This document shows, in pieces, positions 53,331 to 64,000 of a stretch of 64,000 bases of DNA. How positions within the stretch are numbered: the stretch's first letter is position 1; each line of letters starts with the position of its first letter. Source of the stretch: Octopus sinensis. Lineage: Eukaryota. The stretch lies in NCBI RefSeq assembly GCF_006345805.1, contig NC_043004.1:1984001-2048000 (forward strand). Reading direction: 5' to 3'. The notes under the pieces were generated by a model. It saw only the letters and a program-made list of their open reading frames with translations, was not told the DNA's origin and did not search any database. The translations under genes and the position numbers were made by a program.

Positions 53331-53861
53331 ACATTTAACATGTGAGAGCGATAAAACACTGCTCCGAAATCTATCCAAAAACATCGGAAATAAAGAAAAT
53401 AAATGGCGCCTAAGATATCTGACAAAGTGTTGGACTATACCCGAGCTAGAAATAACAGCCAAATTTTCTTCATCACACTATCAACAAAAGGAATATTATA
53501 CATTAGTCAATATAGTCCCTGGTGTAAAAGAAAAAAAGAGGAATGGTTACTGCTAGAAACCTATTTGAGCTTTGATCTGCTCAGTCAGTACAGTTCTTGG
53601 CTTACGAATATCTCAATTAATTGTAGTGCCGTGTAAGAACTCAATATCCACTTAAAATCAATGGCCGATTGTAGGAGGAGGAGGAGGAGGACGAGGAGGG
53701 CTTACATACTCACACATTTTCACTCCCTCTCCCTCTCCCTCTCCCTCTACCTCTCACCCATTTCTCTTTCCCTTGTCCTCTCTCTTTATCGCTATGTCCT
53801 TCTACAGCCATTTAATACACAAATTGTTTCTCTCTGCTCACTCATTCTCTCCCCTCTCTCA

Positions 53862-53911
<50 letters not shown>

Positions 53912-53951
53912 CTGAGTAAAACATTTATGTGCACATAATATATATTCTTTA

Positions 53952-54164
53952 CGGGCGGCGAGCTGGCAGAAACGTTAGCACGCCGGGCGAAATGCGTAGC
54001 CGTATTTCGTCTGCCGGTACGTTCTGAATTCAAAATCCGCCGAGGTCGACTTTGCCTTTCATCCTTTCGGGGTCGATAAATTAAGTACCAGTTGCGTACT
54101 GGGGTCGATGTAATCGACTAGTTCCCTCCCCCAAATTTCAGGCCTTTTGCGTAGAGTAGAAAGG
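53952..54164 (+). mobile_element. Near-consensus SINE family A with a 17-bp TSD
   Basis: ATAATATATATTCTTTA at 53935-53951 and 54165-54181. Confidence 0.93.
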
Positions 54165-54469
54165 ATAATATATATTCTTTAGATGTTGGCGTTGCTGTTA
54201 AGCCAGAGGTCAGTGCTAAGTGAGTAGAGGTGTAATCGAAAGAATTCTCACCGTGATCTTACCACCTCCGTTGCCGTTTCCTTTTTACAGTCACAGTGTA
54301 TCTAGGTTTACATGATCCAGAGCGAAACTCCCTGAGAAAGAACTAGAAGATGTTTAAGTGAGGTGGAGGTTTATAACAGTTAAACAGATCAAGCAGAAGT
54401 TTCACTTTCTCTTCACCGACGTGTATTGAGTTGCGAAGAATCAAATTGACGCTCAACTAATGTCATACC

Positions 54470-55040
54470 CAAGTTTGTGTGTGTGTGTGTGTGTGATGTG
54501 TGTGTGTGCTTATGTATGTGTGATGTAGGTATGTGTGTGTAAGTGATATGTGTGTGTGCGTGATGCATGTGCGATGTGTGTATGATGTGTATGTGATGTG
54601 TGTGGGATGTGTGTGTGATGTGTATGTGTGATGTGTGATGTGTGATGTGTGTATGATGTGTGTGTGATCTGTGATCTGTGTGTGTGATGTGTGTGTGCTT
54701 GTGTATGTGTGTGCGTGATGTGTGCGATGTGTGTGTAATGTGCGTGTTTGATGTGTGTGTGTGATGCGTGTGTGATGTGTGTGTGATGTTTGTGATCTCT
54801 GTGTGTGATCTGTGTGATGTGTGTGTAATGCGTGTGTGCACGTGTGTATGTGTGTGCGTGATGTGTGTCTGATGTGTTTGATGTGTGTGTCTCATGTGTG
54901 TGTGTGTGGTGTGTGTGATGTGTGTACGTGTGTATGTGTGTGTGATGTATGTGTGTGATGTGTGTGTGTGTGCGATATGCGTGTGTGATATGTATGCATG
55001 TGTGATGTGTGTGCATGTGTGTGTATGTGTGTGTGTGTGT
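54470..55040. repeat. Cryptic (TG)n/GATGTGT low-complexity tract
   Basis: Directly visible; it generates the His/Thr ORFs 54413..55075. Confidence 0.9.
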
Positions 55041-55664
55041 GAAATATGAACAAGAAATGTTTTGATATTGTACAACTCTATAATGATGATCTATTCAATT
55101 TATAGTCAGAGAACTTTCCTCAATGCCGAGGTAATATTTCATTAAATGAACTATTGATTGCATATAGATTTTTTGCAATTAATATCGATCTTTCACTTCT
55201 AAAATTACAACAAGCGCAGAAGCAAGTAATTAATTATTATAAAAATGGTGGTGGGGGAAAAAAAGAGAAAATTCTCGCTGGCCAAAACTCAACACAAACA
55301 ATAAATGTCATAATACTTGGAAAGAAAAAGAAGATTGAAGTTAGAGCTTAGAACGCACGTCATTTTCTCATTCATGAACTTTCTATATGATCATTATTTC
55401 GATTATTATGTTTGGAAAATATATAGAAAGACGGAACTCATCATATCAAATGAGCGAATTCAGTTAGAACCACGCGAACAGATAATCTAAGCTGCTGGCA
55501 AAATACCAATGTATTGCTGTATACAATTTCTAAACACTGTAACTAGTGCAATAATAGGTCCAGAGATGCCGGGATGTGAAACTCGGTTTTAATGACACAC
55601 AGGAACTGTAGTCAAGTAATGCTTCCATGTTAAGCTACGTCTACGTACGGCTTATTACTCTATG

Positions 55665-55674
55665 ACTCTGTGTG

Positions 55675-55727
<53 letters not shown>

Positions 55728-56180
55728 GTGTGTGTGTTGTGTGTGTGTGTGTGTGCGTGCGTGCGTGTGTGTGTGTATGTGTGTGTGCGTGCGTGTGTGT
55801 GTGTGGGGGGTGTATGTGTGTGTGTGTGCGCTTGTGTGTGTGTGTGTGTTGTGTGTGTGTGTGTGTGTGTCAGAGTGTTTGTTATAAGGGCAAATGAGGT
55901 AAGTGCAACGTGAGTTGCGATGGTTAAAAGGAAGTGTGTATGTATGTATGTATGTAAAGCATATTTAGACATATATACATACACACATATATCAAGCATC
56001 CGCCAGGATACACATCATACACGTATTCATACATACATGCATACATACTTAATACATACATACATACATAAATTCATACATGCATGTATATACACATACA
56101 CACACGCGCATACACATACACACATATATATAGATACTTATTATTATTATTATTATTATATTTTTTTATTATTATTATTA

Positions 56181-56271
<91 letters not shown>

Positions 56272-56885
56272 CATCATCATCATTATTATTATTACAGCAA
56301 CTCTTCACTTCCTTTGCAGCACGGAAACTTTAGTGTTGAGACAAGATATGATATTAACTTTGGCACCAATTCTCCAAATAGCATTCAGATGAACTGCTTC
56401 AGTGTACACAGATGACAGAGATTTATTTCTATTAGCCGCTGTTGAAGTAACAACTTATATATTTTTATTATCAAAATATTTTCTTATGTTGGCCAATACA
56501 TGTTTTATTTGATTCCTTGATATACCACCCTACGACAGAAAGAATTCGACAAGTTTACTTTTGAGACAAGACCCGTTTAATATTGATATCATTAACAATA
56601 TTCCAGGATATATTCTATAGATTAGCTGATATACATTTCGTGAAATACCCATTCGTCAGTTTGAATCTTGCTCGACATTAGAATCATTGTATTACTCTTA
56701 TACCATATATCATTAGTCAATTTAAAGCTGATCATCACTTCAATGGAAAAATATCACAAGTCATTTTAGAAAGCTAAATATCGAATTATTTAACGGCATA
56801 TTGCAAAACACCTTTCGTAGATTCACTTGTCTGTGAAGGCTTACAAAAGCGTTGCAGCCATCGTTTTCAACAGACCTGCAGATAG

Positions 56886-56922
<37 letters not shown>

Positions 56923-57160
56923 AGTTCGCATGTGTGCACACACATCAGGTACACTTATATATAAACTTGGATAAACTTAGATATGTTTCGATCAAAGATT
57001 GGTCCAGGCCATCTCTAACTTAATAGCACCACCTGATAAATATATAATGCACACTCACACATATATATATACATACATGTATATATATATATACATATAT
57101 ATCAATATATATACACATACATATATATATATATATACAAACATACATATATATATATGC

Positions 57161-57194
<34 letters not shown>

Positions 57195-57212
57195 GAGTTT
57201 ATATATACATAC

Positions 57213-57302
<90 letters not shown>

Positions 57303-57310
57303 GCACACAC
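55665..57310. repeat. (TG)n, (ATT)n, (CA)n and (TA)n arrays
   Basis: Directly visible. Confidence 0.9.
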
Positions 57311-57606
57311 ACACATCTACGGTTTACTGTCCCATTATTAGTAGGATTAACAATCAAGTACTGCCTCCATTGACAGATGAATATCATTTAATGTCGATAG
57401 TATTTGAACAAAAGCTACTAACAGCTTTCTGCCATGAAACACTGCAATTCACCAGATTTATATATCATGCGTTGCGGCTCTGGAGTGCTTGGAGACACAA
57501 ATCATATTATATAATAATTCTCGTCATATTATAGATTGTCCACTCTAAGAAGCTATTTCTAGCCCTTATTTAAATACGGCTCATATTAGATATGTATGTA
57601 TGTATT

Positions 57607-57780
57607 TGCTCTATTTTTAAGAGATGAGTTATGTACATTATTTACATTATTTACATTTGACGGATATTTGTCTTCATCTTATTTGTTGTTAACACGACGC
57701 TTCGGCTGACATACCCTCCAGCCGTCATCAGGTGTCTTGAGCAAATTTCGAAATCTCATTCATAAGGTATCTTTCGATGT
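57607..57780 (-). mobile_element. Hammerhead-containing short repeat module (copy 2)
   Basis: Homologous to 45388-45570 and followed on the + strand by (ATT)n. Confidence 0.8.
57691..57736 (-). ncRNA. Minimal type I hammerhead motif (A15.1G)
   Basis: GACAC CUGAUGA C GGCUG-GAGGGUAUGU-CAGCC GAAG CG UC GUGUU. Canonical GUC triplet, but GAAA is changed to GAAG. Confidence 0.72.
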
Positions 57781-57792
57781 TATTATTATTAC

Positions 57793-57826
<34 letters not shown>

Positions 57827-57827
57827 G

Positions 57828-57886
<59 letters not shown>

Positions 57887-57889
57887 TTC

Positions 57890-58715
57890 CTTCTTTCTTC
57901 AAATTTTCTTCCATTTTTCGCCGAGTGTTTTCCGTACACCTAGGGCAGAGGAGCTCATTGTATGCATTCCCAGATTACACACGCAAATTCACAGGTAAAA
58001 TACGTATTTAAAAAAAGAAATTCATGAATGGATGCTGTTTTCACAGCGATAATGCTCTTCTCAGTACGTGAGTCGTTCCAGTTAACACAATTTTTTCCAC
58101 TTCCAGTAGGGATGGTAAGCCTGGTATCATTTTCAAATAGGTTTCAGTACCTTTTTTTTATCATTCCTACAGATCCTACAATCACTGGTACTGTAGTCGC
58201 CTTGAGATGCCACATTTTTTCTATTTCTATTAGCAGGTCTTTATATTTACTAATCTTGTCAAATTCTTTCGCCGCTATATTGTGATCGCAAGGAATACTC
58301 ATGTCAATTAATAAACACACCTTTTTTGTCTGATCTTTTATAATAGTATCCAGTTTATTAGCTTTTATAGTTTTGTCGGTATGTACGGAGAAGTCCCAGA
58401 GAATCGACACATTTTCTCCCTCAGTCACAGCTTCAGGATGGTGTTTATACCATTTGTCAGCGGTTTTGATTTTACAATGCCGACATATTGTCCAATGTAT
58501 ATACTGGCCGACTCTGTCATGTCCTGCTTTATATTCTACAGGTGCTAAAACTCTACATCCTGAGATTAAGTGGTCTATTATTTCAAACTCATCGTTACAG
58601 AATCGGCATTTTGGGTCAGCTCCATTTTTTTATCACATTGGCTTGGTAGTTCCGGGTTAATAAGTTTTGGTCTTGAGCAGCTAATATGAAACCGGCACTC
58701 TCTGGTTTTAGCCCT
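57890..58715 (-). mobile_element. R4/Dong-type (RLE) LINE 3' portion
   Basis: AAQDQ...CRFCNDEFEIIDHLISGC...ILWDFSVHTDKTIKANKLD...LIDMSIP...KYKDLLIEIEKMWHLK...VIVGSVG; a 3' UTR then (AAT)n follow on the minus strand. Confidence 0.9.
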
Positions 58716-58772
58716 AAGATTTTAACCATTGATGCGTGTGTTTCTGGTCGATATCAGCTTGTTTGCTATATA

Positions 58773-58825
<53 letters not shown>

Positions 58826-58880
58826 GCACACATACACGCACCCACATATTTATATCCACAGACAAATATATATGTATGTA

Positions 58881-58913
<33 letters not shown>

Positions 58914-59832
58914 CGTGCGTGTGTGCCTCCGTGCGTGTGTGTACCTCCGTGTGTGTGTGTGTGTGTGTGCCTCCGTGCTTGTGTGTGTCTCCGTGCTTGT
59001 GTGTGCCTCCGTGCGTGTGTGTGTGTATGTGTGTGTTTGTGTGCATCTACGATGGGGGTGTTGAAAAGTTCCTGGCTTTGGGGAAAAATTAAAATGTAGA
59101 ACGATCAATTAATTATGATTTCCTCTAACATATTCTTCCCCTCTCATATTTACACACTTGTTGCATCAGTTCTTCAGTTTCTGTAAGCCCTGTAAAAAGA
59201 AGTCGGAAGGTTAGGCCTCTAGCCAGGCATTTTGTGAGGACCCCTTCACCCCCTCCCCCTCTGCTCATATTTTATGTAGATATCGCTAGAATCCATGCTG
59301 AATCCTCATAAAGCATATCTGCATATTCCAGTACTTAAAAGTATATTTGTAGATGGTATATATTAGAGTTGAAATTCTGAAGAATAACGGAAGATACTTG
59401 AAAATACTGGAACATTTGTTTTACAAAGGCATTACATGTTACAATAACATTATATTAACTCTCCGTCTGAAGAATTACTCAATCGATATGTCTTATATAT
59501 TTTTCTATACGTATACTTATGTAAATCCAATTAGGGAATGAAACATATGTAATGGGTAATATTTAATACCAACAATTTTACCTGCTTCTAATTTGGTACA
59601 TACATACTTTACATATCTGTATATATATATATATTTGTATCTATGTTTGTATATATGTTTTTTGGTATATATCTATACATATGAGTGTGGACGTGAGCTT
59701 GTCTCTCTCTGTGTGTGAATATATATATATATATATATATATGAAGAATAAAAAGTTTTGAATAGTACAACAATGCACAATAATACAAACAATGTGTTAT
59801 ACACCTGTTGTAATTTAGTCATCTATAGTGTG

Positions 59833-59867
59833 ATAATATTTCGGAATAAAATTCCTTCTTCAGATAT
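59833..59867 (-). ncRNA. Minimal hammerhead motif (left arm)
   Basis: AUAU CUGAAGA A GGAAU-UUU-AUUCC GAAA UA UU AU; stem I is short. Confidence 0.55.
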
Positions 59868-59927
59868 TCTTAGATGGAGTCGCTGCTCCATCTAAGAATA
59901 TCTGAATTTCAGCGATTCCATCTAAGA

Positions 59928-59964
59928 ATCTCTGAAGAAGGAATATTATTCCGAAATATCATAT
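59928..59964 (+). ncRNA. Minimal hammerhead motif (right arm)
   Basis: AUCU CUGAAGA A GGAAU-AUU-AUUCC GAAA UA UC AUAU. AUC triplet, perfect 5-bp stem II, stem I 3 of 4 pairs. Confidence 0.58.
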
Positions 59965-60090
59965 CAGACTATGGATGACTAAATTACGACAGGTATATTA
60001 CCCATTGTCTGTATTATAGTGCATTGTTGTACCATTCAAAACATTTTATTCTTTACATACAATACACAATGATTCAAGCGAACTACAATA

Positions 60091-60127
<37 letters not shown>

Positions 60128-60169
60128 ACATATATTTATATATATACATAGCTTTTATCTGTTACTTGT

Positions 60170-60535
60170 TTCGATCATTTGAATGCAGCCATGCTGGGAT
60201 AGCGACTTGAGGGTGTTTTAGTCGGACAAAGCCATCTGAAGATTTATTGCTTTTAAAGCCTAGTACTTTCTATCGGGGTATTTTGCTGAACCGCTAAGTT
60301 ACAGAGACCTCAAAACACCAACCTAATTGTCAAACGATGGTGGGAGACAAACACTGACACAAAGACACGCACACAGAGATATATACAATGGGCTTCTGTC
60401 AGTTTCCGTTTACCGAATCCACTCATGAGGCTTTGGTCGGCTCGAGGCTATAGTAGAAGACACTTGCCTAAGGTGCCAAGCAGTGGAACTGAACCGCAAA
60501 CCATGTGGTTGGGAAGCAAGCTTCTTACCACACAG
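60170..60535 (-). mobile_element. SINE family B, diverged
   Basis: Reverse complement of the family B head and tail. Confidence 0.75.
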
Positions 60536-61101
60536 ACACGCGCGCGAGCGAGCTTAACAGGTTTTACATTTGTTGGTTTTCAAATGAGTTTTCTATGCAG
60601 AACACTGCCGTTCATTCTATCTCGTCAGACAGTCGTTCTAACAATTGTTTGTTTTTAGTCGCATGTGGCTCAGATCGCTACATGTTATCGTACAGATTGA
60701 TTGCTTGAAGAATGTTACATGGTGAGGTAATGGAATTTTTGTTCGGCTTTCCGCTATGTCCGTGTGTTAAGGTTGTGTGACAGCATCGCGAGAAGATCAG
60801 GTCAGAGTTTTCGTCCAATAGATATGACAGTTTGAACAATAGCTACGAAAGGCGATATAAATTTTTCGTTATTATATTTGAAGTTACGGTTTTGTCAAAG
60901 CCTGTTTATTAACACTCTATATTTACAGAGATAAATGAGGCAAAAGCTCTCACACCGAGAAATACATGACATTTTTCTACACGACGAAAACTTACCGCTG
61001 GTATTAGAACACGTCATGGCAGCTTAAAACAATATCAAGTTCATAAATATAAATGTACGCCCGCGCGTATGTCTGTGTGTATTTGTGCGTGTCTGTGTAG
61101 T

Positions 61102-61491
61102 GGAGGCGCAATGGTCCAGTGGTTGGGGCAGCGGACTCGCGGTCGTAGGATCACAGTAACGATTCCCAGACCGGACGTTGTGAGTGTTTCTTGAGAGAAA
61201 GCATCTAAAGCTCTACGAGGCTCCAGCAGGGGGTAGTGGTGAACTCTGCTGTATTCTTTCACCACAGCTTTCTCTCACGCTTTCTTCCTGTTTCTGTTGT
61301 ACTTGTATTTCAAAAGGGCCAGCCTTTCAACACTCTGTGTCACGCTGAATCTCCCTACGAGAACTACGTTAAGGTTACACGTGTCTGTGGAGTGCTCAGC
61401 CACTTACACGTTAATTTCACGAGCAGGCTGTTCCGTTGAACGGATCAACTGGAACGCTCATCGTTGTAATCGACAGAGTACCACGACTACG
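61102..61491 (+). mobile_element. tRNA-headed SINE family C
   Basis: GGAGGCGCAATGGTCCAGTGGTTGGGGCAGCGGACTCGC head (A-box-like), degenerate B box, distinct ~300-bp body and short repeat tail. Only one copy in the window. Confidence 0.55.
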
Positions 61492-61529
61492 TGTCTGCGT
61501 AGGTATATATTATATTATATTATATTATA

Positions 61530-61593
61530 CCTAACTATACTATACTATACTATACTATACTATACTATACTATACTATACTATACTATACTAT
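61530..61593. repeat. (TATAC)n pentanucleotide repeat
   Basis: Directly visible. Confidence 0.95.
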
Positions 61594-61600
61594 ATTTTCT

Positions 61601-61813
61601 AAAGGCGGTGAGCTGGCAGAACCTTTAACACGACAGTCAAAATGTTTAGCAGCATTTCGTCTGTCTTTAAGTACCGAGTTCAAATTCTGCCGAGGTCGAC
61701 TTTGCCTATCATTCTTTCGGAGTCGATGAAATAAGTACCAGTTATGCACGGTCGATATAATCGACTTACCGCCTCCCTCGAAATTACTGGCCTTGTGCCA
61801 AAATTTGAAACCA
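61601..61813 (+). mobile_element. SINE family A
   Basis: Head, body and GGCCTTGTGCCAAAATTTGAAACC 3' end. Confidence 0.85.
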
Positions 61814-64000
61814 TATTGTATTGTATTCTGAGGAGAAACGACTGCCGTTCAGCTTTATTCTTTCCTCCAAAATTTTTGTCGGGAATTGAAAGTTCTTCGA
61901 TTGATGTCTGACTGGTTGCTATACTTTGTTTCTCAGCGCAAATCAGTTTTCTCTTCGAGAATAATTTTCCAAAATATACTGATTTCCCCGCCTACTTGTC
62001 TACAATATTCTACTCCTACTTAGTATTTCTCTCCCTCCTACCTTGGCAACTACGGTAAAGTCTCTATGTCATTGATGAAGTATTTTTAGACAGATAAATG
62101 TGCGGAACTGTTTCCCGAAATTACCAGATTAATTAAATTATCTATCTTACCCTGATATTTTCATTTCGACAACAAATATATATTTGCAGTTGGCTTGTCA
62201 ATACCCATTTAAAAGAAAAGAAACAGTCTGACACTGACCTGGCTGCTATTTTATGCAGATGGCGCCCCTGACTTATTTCTCAGTAAATTCTTGTCTAAAA
62301 TATGTGTTAAGAAATTTACATAAGATATGTCTCTTTCTCAAAACAGGTAGACAGGATTAGAAATATAGACATGGTAGAGGATTTCAAATATAGGCATGGT
62401 AGAAATATATTGGCTTCGCTACTTAGCCATCATTGTAAAGATTCTTTTTCTTGTGCTTATGAATATTCATAAAGTCTTTCAGCATACAGTGTGGAATCAG
62501 ATTTCTCACTCGGTGTTTTCTTTCTTGTTATTATTGCGCTGAATAGCAAAGCAAAAATGTTTATGCCAGGGATATAACTGATTTAATAAAGTTTTAAACA
62601 AAAGACATTATTTCGATATTTATTAGTTGAATTAGAGTAATATAACGACATATTTACCACCAACTATTTCAATGTTTAAAGAAAAAAACAAATAAGATTT
62701 AATTTGATATCATTTTGAGGTTTTGTCATTTATATTCTTCTTGCTTTATTTTCCAATAAAGATGCCAATGTTGTCATCGTCACAACGGCTTTCCCCAAAG
62801 GCGAAATTTGGGGATAAACAAAAAGAAAATAAACTGTAACACCAGTACTGACGTATACGATGACAGCCTGAACGACAACTATAACAACGACGAGTTGTAG
62901 TAGTAGTAGCGGGAACTTTGGCAGAAAACGAACGATGCGAGTGAAAGAAATACTAGCAGCACGAATATTAACCTTGACAGCAGTTCATACGATGCTATAG
63001 GTGAAAATGTAAATTAACAGGACTTGCGGAGAAAATTATTAAAAAAGAAGCAGGAAAAATTTTTTTAAAAAGCTATCACGTGGATAGACACATCACTAAA
63101 TATTTCCATTTAGTTTTTTTTTTGTCTTTGTTTAAAGAAGCTAAATATTAAATATATTAGAAATTGAATTTTAAAAAAAAGGTATATAACAAAAAGAATT
63201 CGTTGTACATAGGAAATAATAGAAAATATACATTTTTTTTCTCCATTGAATGTCTGGTGTTGCATCCAACTCTGTTTCCCCTGGCAAATGAAAAGGAAGA
63301 AGTCGAGTCGAAGTAAATCAATGCAAAATTTCTTAAAGAAGAAAGTTACTTAAAATCTACTCTATTGACCAAAACGATAATATGCAGATCATATTCGGCA
63401 GATTTCGACAGCAGAAACGAAGTAGCATACGCCCCAGAGGCAAAAATAATCAAGACGAGAGAAAAAGAATAGCCAAGCTAAAACATTTTTCTTCTATTTT
63501 TTTTTCTTTCCTTTACTTTATTTTTTTTCAAAACTAGGCAAAGGAATCGTTGGTTAGTGGCAGCTTGCTAGCAGACCTATTGATATGCTGATATAAACTT
63601 ACTGCTAACGGTTTCCACATTTAAATGTGTCCCTGGAAGCTGGTATTAGCTTTCACAATTCCCATCATTTGACTAGTGACATGTATTTGTCTCTTGCTAG
63701 ATGCCATTATAACCAGTAGCTGATTGACACGACTAATCATTAAAATCGTTATTATTATTGTTATTTGTAAATCATTTAAACTCTGTTAAAATCTAACAGT
63801 AACCCACAACTTGTAACTATTTGAAGTCTTTGATTCAGCATTCCAACATGTGGCAACAAAGGACTTTTGTACTTTTTAAATTAATTAGTGTGATAGATAA
63901 TGAGAATGAAATGCAAAATAAAATATTACTGAAGAGGATCCCCCTCCTCGACCCACCACATTACACTCGTGTTCTCTATCTCTCTGTTCACACCCAGATT

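Larger units (their letters stand above)
59741..60058. repeat. Head-to-head inverted duplication (59741-59885 and 59910-60058) with an extra perfect 21-bp fold-back (59859-59879 and 59886-59906)
   Basis: TTCAGATATTCTTAGATGGAG-TCGCTG-CTCCATCTAAGAATATCTGAA; the outer arms are reverse-complementary with several mismatches. Confidence 0.88.

Noticed and set aside
53952-54040. tRNA-like sequences with A/B boxes (here and at other SINE heads)
   Set aside because: They continue into SINE bodies and lack a cloverleaf or acceptor stem, so they are not tRNA genes.
61828-61840. CUGAGGA-GAAACG
   Set aside because: Stem II is absent and there is no stem I, so it is likely chance.
62255-62270. CAGATGGCGC, a CTCF/YY1-like motif
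   Set aside because: A single partial motif cannot be distinguished from chance without ChIP or conservation data.

Overview
An AT-rich, repeat-saturated eukaryotic window with no recognisable host protein-coding exon, so it is probably intergenic or deep intronic. The repeat repertoire (tRNA-headed SINE families, (TA)n/(TATG)n/(TAGA)n/(AAT)n arrays) looks like a coleoid cephalopod, probably Octopus; this is inference from pattern memory, not a search. Almost all ORFs in the track are microsatellite translations or decayed transposon pieces. Recognisable elements: a full-length but inactivated Tc1 (DD34E) transposon with ~225-bp IR/DR-type TIRs (4825-6452), a truncated Gypsy/Mag-type LTR retrotransposon (13711-16810), RTE LINE fragments, three R4/Dong-type (RLE) LINE remnants, CR1/L2-like 3' fragments, a second Tc1 remnant, a probable solo LTR and more than 20 SINE copies. 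The most notable signal is absent from the ORF track: seven minimal type I hammerhead-ribozyme motifs in about five short repeat families (32398, 35430, 39711, 45475, 57691, 59833, 59928). All have one extra nucleotide between A9 and stem II and a palindromic stem III (dimer-type), as in Penelope-like-element pseudo-LTRs. Several sit inside long inverted or fold-back repeats, and two lie directly downstream of RLE-LINE 3' ends. All structures were read by eye and none has been tested for activity.
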